64,000 bases of DNA from the NCBI GenBank assembly GCA_010093995.1, contig ML992503.1, positions 1,479,234-1,543,233 of the forward strand, given 5' to 3'. The notes under the pieces were generated by a model. That model had not been told where the DNA came from. It saw only the letters and a program-made list of their open reading frames with translations, and searched no databases. Within the stretch, counting starts at the first letter, position 1, and every line of letters starts with the position of its first letter. Shown in pieces: positions 59,330 to 64,000 of this stretch. Source of the DNA: Elsinoe ampelina. Taxonomy: Eukaryota. The translations under genes and the position numbers were made by a program.

Positions 59330-59614
59330 ATGCTTACTAGCATCGATAACCTCGCCCTTGCACTGATGAAACTTTCATTACAAGCACGAAGCCGCAGACA
59401 TCGCACCGAGGACGACCAACACCTCATGACCGTTCTGACCGAGGCTCTCCACGTCCTGAAAACCTTCGTGGGACTCGATCAATGTGTCGACTGTCCCCAC
59501 TGCCAGGCCGGTGAGCCAGCAAGACCATTAGAAGTTGTGGTGCCAGAGATGGTGGTACTGTGCGAGCTACACAGCACCACACATGGTGGCAACGAGGAGG
59601 ACTCGAGCGTGTGA
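59330..59614 (+). CDS. Small hypothetical Cys-containing protein
   Basis: ATG in CACAATG context; CVDCPHC and LCELH. Confidence 0.3.
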   Translation: MLTSIDNLALALMKLSLQARSRRHRTEDDQHLMTVLTEALHVLKTFVGLDQCVDCPHCQAGEPARPLEVVVPEMVVLCELHSTTHGGNEEDSSV

Positions 59615-59923
59615 AAGCCTTGCTCACGGACAATGAAGAGGTCTGGACTCGAGTTTGGGGAGAATGAATGGACTCGACCCAAGGACAAGGGACGAAAGTA
59701 AGACAAAGGAGAAGAATGATAGAGCGACAGTAAACAAAGAGAGACACCTCACCTATCCTTGCTCGATATGATTGCCAAGCCCAGTGACTCGATCTGACCA
59801 CGTGGGTATTATATTCAAACATTACTACTATACCGATCCTTTGTTACGTATTCCCATATCCGTATGTGCATCCCCCAACTCCAACGCTATTGAGCAAGGT
59901 TTTTCATCCCTATCCACTCCCTC

Positions 59924-61150
59924 CTACGCCGAAACAGTCTCATTCCCCGTGGCATTGTACGCGCCCGGCCACCAAGCGATATCGACGTCGGCACTCGCGC
60001 TCGGCTTCCCAGCCACACCGGTAACATTCCTGTACGAGCAAGTGCCGCTCGAGAACGAGACGCCGTTGCAGCCCTTGACGCCATCGCAGCTGGTGAGGCA
60101 GGAGCTGAAGCTGTTGAGCTTTGCGCTGCTGAGCTCGGCGCCGCCCTGGAGCTCGTTGTCGCAGAGGAGGTTGTAGGCGACGCCGTTGCTGTCGTAGTAG
60201 GGTGAGCCTTGCTTGGCGAGGACCTCGCATGATTGGCCTTTTGGCTGGTTGGCGGCCGCGGTCTTGCAGGAGGCGGAGTTGGCGTTGGGTGCCTTGCTGG
60301 TTTGGTTGAAGTAGGCGACTATAGATTGGATCTTGACGGTGTTGGTGCCTTGAGGAGGACCTTTGGCCCAGGCGTTGCCGTTGGACCAGTTGTTCCAAAG
60401 GTAGAAGCCGGGTGTGGAGGGCACGTTCTGGTTGATTTGGTAGACGAGTTGGCCGTCGATGTAGAACATTGTCTTGCCGGGTACCCAGTCCATGCGGTAT
60501 TCGTGGAAGGCACTGGTCGCATCTGATGGGGAGGGGACACCGAAGCTGGTGACGGGCTGGCCGTAGCCGGTCTGCTCGTTCGTCAAGTGTAGGATGGCTG
60601 TGTCATCTGTCAGGAAGGCAATGTCGGCTTCCTGTGTGTCGTTGGAGTAGAATGAGAAGCCTATCACACTTGTCAGATCATCGCGTCGGCACGAATCGGG
60701 TCACTGACCATGCGTGGTACCAGCCACCGTGCTCGCCATTGCCACTGTCCTGACACTTCCGTAGAGAATATCCTTGGCCGCGGTCTGGATCTCAGCGGAC
60801 AGAATGGGATCTGCTTGCTGGCCGCCAGGTACTGTGAGTGCAGCGTATCCTCCTGATACCGCCACGTTATTGGCCATGAAGCGTCTGGCAAACGGAGCTG
60901 TTCCTGCAGCGATTGTGTTTGTGCTGACTGTGAGAGTGTTCGGAATAGCCTTGAGCTTTGTAAAGTCCACGTCGATGGCTTGTGTGAACGCTCCCAGGCC
61001 CTCGATTGTGTAAGTGCAGCCATTGAAGGTAGGCTTTGGTGATGTTTGAAGTGCCCTCCTGTGCAAGTTGGCCGGTCCTGATGATGGCGCGGCAGCGACT
61101 GATGCTGAAGCCAGCGCTGCTGCCAGCAGACCACTCTTGATCAGACACAT
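59924..61150 (-). CDS. Secreted GH16-like protein with C-terminal Cys-rich Apple/PAN-like module, 2 exons
   Basis: Signal peptide MCLIKSGLLAAALASASVAA; SAEIQT, ILYGSVRT, QEADIAFLT, FHEYRMDW, WNNWSNGN; tail SCLTSCDGVKGCNGVSFSSGTC. Confidence 0.88.
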
Positions 61151-62330
61151 TGTGGAATGCAAGGAGGGGGCCTGGTGAGTGTGGCGAAGGAGGAGATTGA
61201 CCAAAGATGCTAACGATAGCACAGCGTGTGTAGAGGCAAAAATAGCGAGGATCAACGCCTCGTAATATGAATATTAAGCCATGCTCACCTGAAATTAACA
61301 GAAGAATAACGGCTTGAGCATATGTCTCTGACCTTACCGCAAACCCAATCTGGGATACGCTCCAACGGTATAGTTCCCTCCAGACTCTACCGGTCGACGA
61401 GAGTCGCAGAACTTGAGCCGCAGACGGCTGAGATCCTAGCGAATGACTTATATGGATCCATACGACGGGCTCGATGATGAAGCAGTCCGCCTTTAGCAGG
61501 CTGATGGTCAGATCCGCGAGAAGGCGGCCAGATTAAGTGGCTCCAGTCAGACAAGTGGAAGATCGGCGTGGATCAGAAGTAAATCGACATCTACCTTGCT
61601 ATGGTATTCTAGCTAGGTTCCGTTCCTCGGACCGTACTTGGTTTGCTAATGAGCGTTGATGGTAAACGGCTGCGGCCGGGCAGAGATGAGCTGCCGTGTC
61701 CTTACGAGAACAGTAGAGAGAATTTCTTTTCGACGTGGTCGTTAGTTTCTCATACCTTATGGCAACGATTGATACTCAAGGAATTTTCGATGGAGTTGTG
61801 ATGGATGTCAAGAATGTTGATGATTTGGTGGCAAAGTCGACGAGTGTGAGGATGTGCATAGCAAAGGTGGAGGTGGTTCATCCTTACGAACACGCGGGTC
61901 AACGGTCTCCCGTCCCGAAGATATCTGAGACGACATCGTCTTAATATCCAATAAGCTTATTGGCGTGACCAATGCTACTTGTCCCAGCTCAACGGTCATG
62001 CCGGTAGATTCCTCTATCTGCCCAGCCATTGCCACAGTGACTCGCCCCACGGAGTCAGATTGACACGTTCCCCTCGGACACGGCTTGCTCTCTCCGGCCC
62101 AGCTAGTGCTATCGCAGGTGGGCTCGATGCCTCCCTTACACAAAAGACACTCCTTATCTGGCCTGCACGACCAAGCTTGAGTCTTGATCTTCCGATGCAA
62201 AACAAGAAGATCCAGGCATTGTCTGTAATTTCCTTTGCAACGCTGTTCTTCCGCACTCTCTCGATGGAGACATAGCCGGCCTCTTGGACCCTTCATAGAC
62301 GATTGAAGCTGTCTGAGAAGGCCACGACGA

Positions 62331-63297
62331 TCAGACATTCTTCATTAGATCGTCAATAGCCTTGGCCGCAAACCGCTTTCGTTCCTCCAACGGCATGTCA
62401 GCTCCTTGTTCTGCCTCGTCGTCAGTGAACGTCCAAAGGAATAGCTAGACAGACATACCTCTGATTGCCATAGCTTGCTGCATCAGCCCTTCAAGATTGT
62501 CAACCTCGAGATCTTCTCTGCTAGGTTCTGCATCGTCATCTTCGTCGTTCTCAGATAGAAGAGAAGCTTTTAAGCCCCAGAGCTCGGCATTCATCTGAGC
62601 TTGTTCATCTGCGAACGATCCGGCATTGTCTTCATCTTCGTCGATCCCTACTGTGGCATTCCAATCATTTGTCTCGACGGATTCTTTGATGCGGTCAAGT
62701 CCTTGAGCTTCGCCGAACTCGTTCTTCCCGGTAGCGTCCGCGTCGATAAATTCGAAGCCGTGATTCATGCACAGATCTTCCATCTCCTCTTTGGAAGAAG
62801 TGAGACTAGCTGGCTTTGCTGTCTGCGCTGACATGGCGACGGCTAGCTTCATGCCCTCCCAGTTGTAACCACAAGCTTTGTTAATGACTGACTCGATCGC
62901 TTCCATGCCTGCTCGGGCTTCGTCCTCGATCACACTCCGAGATTCCATAGACGATGGTGGCACTTTGTTGAAGCAGTAAATCCAGCCTCCGAGTGCTTCG
63001 ATGACCTCTCTAGCTTCAGGCTTGGAGAATTCCGCCTTCCATTGGTCCAAATCGACGATCTCATCGATCCACATTGGTATGTCGGCTGTATAGTATGGCG
63101 TCGTCAGATGCCACTCGTGGATACTGCCGGCTATAGATCCACTGGCGTCTTGTGTAGGCCGACTACCAGTCAGGTCTTCCCCACGTTAGCGTGATGTGCT
63201 TGAAGAGATCAGTGCAGACCTTACTCTTGATCAGGCCGATCAGATCACAATTTGGTCGGCCAACGACCAGCAGCCGTCGAGGGTGCTCGATATTCAT
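62331..63297 (-). CDS. IRC6: Adaptin-binding protein p34/Irc6 (AAGAB family), multi-exon
   Basis: HEWHLTTPYYTADIPMWIDEI, WKAEFSKPEAREVIEALGGWIYCF, NEFGEAQGLDRIKESVETNDW, LEERKRFAAKAI. Confidence 0.85.
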
Positions 63298-63649
63298 TGC
63301 GAGTGCTGTATCCACATCTCACTTGTTAATCAACGATGTAAGATCATGAAGCTGAAATCGTGAAAAAATATGCAGAGGTTGTGTTGTTGGTCCACTTGAC
63401 GCCTTTCGATGCACTTCAGCGTTCAGACGGACCAGCAAGGAGTCTTCGAGTCCTGATCGATACGCTCTTGTACGATACGCTGTCGTATGATAAATGCCAT
63501 CAGCGCGCAATCTCAAGGATGAGACAATGGGGAGCGGGTCCATAGGGAGATTGACAATCGATCACGTGACAACGCGGGGAAATCGCGTGTGAATCATGCT
63601 CAAGGACATTGCATAATCCGATCTCATTCAATTTGTATCCTCAATACCA

Positions 63650-64000
63650 ATGGCTACTCGAAGACGGTCAAAGCGGACGGCGGTATCAGAATCTGGCCCT
63701 TCTACCGACGCCATTTCATCAGACGGCCCACCATCTGCGAAGCGACCTCGGCACGAGTCACCATCAGTCTATCCCCACTATGACAAGGCCGACGTCTTCG
63801 TCCAGCTCGATGACACTTTGCTAGAGCTTCGTCTCGATGACTTGAAGCAACGGAGCGGATGGTTCAGTAACGTGCATCGCGATCGATTACCTCTCGGGTG
63901 CCGACTCAAGAAGGACGATAACCTCCATGGCGACCCTGAGGCCAGTAGCTTCAGCATGGAATGGCTTGACGTGAGTCACATCAGCGCGTGACGACAACCG
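63650..64000 (+). CDS. 5' part of a hypothetical gene running off the window
   Basis: ATG 63650, NLS-like KRPRH, ADVFVQL..LKQRSGWF (faintly BTB-like), donor GTGAGT at 63972. Confidence 0.45.

Overview
Gene-dense, intron-containing DNA from a filamentous ascomycete (Pezizomycotina; GT-AG introns with CTRAC branch points, RIP-mutated repeats). It holds about 27 mostly housekeeping genes: IDO 3' end, two Zn2Cys6 TFs, PHS1, TOM22, DCP2, CWC23, an RluA-type pseudouridine synthase, IBA57, EBP2, HSBP1, PUS4, IRC6 and others. The main signal is the AT-rich block at 34.7-54.5 kb. It contains two independent, same-orientation insertions of a 5,679-bp TIR DNA transposon (34702-40380, TSD GCTTG; 42561-54462, TSD TCGAT). 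Manual de-RIPing from the two copies gives three genes: an HTH/Clr5-like + IS3/rve-type DDE transposase, an unknown ORF with a Cys/His N-terminus, and a convergent Zn2Cys6-like + coiled-coil gene. The second copy is interrupted by a complete 6,218-bp chromodomain Ty3/Gypsy element with a Tf1-type self-priming signature. Both insertions sit in divergent promoters and bracket a putative Raf2/DIM-7-like (RFTS domain) heterochromatin gene. Other observations: a decaying O-methyltransferase/MFS pair with nonsense codons, a secreted GH16 lacking its acid/base Glu, a GC-AG intron in TOM22, and recurring C-rich to G-rich skew switches. All calls come from reading motifs by eye; no database searches were run and exon boundaries are approximate.
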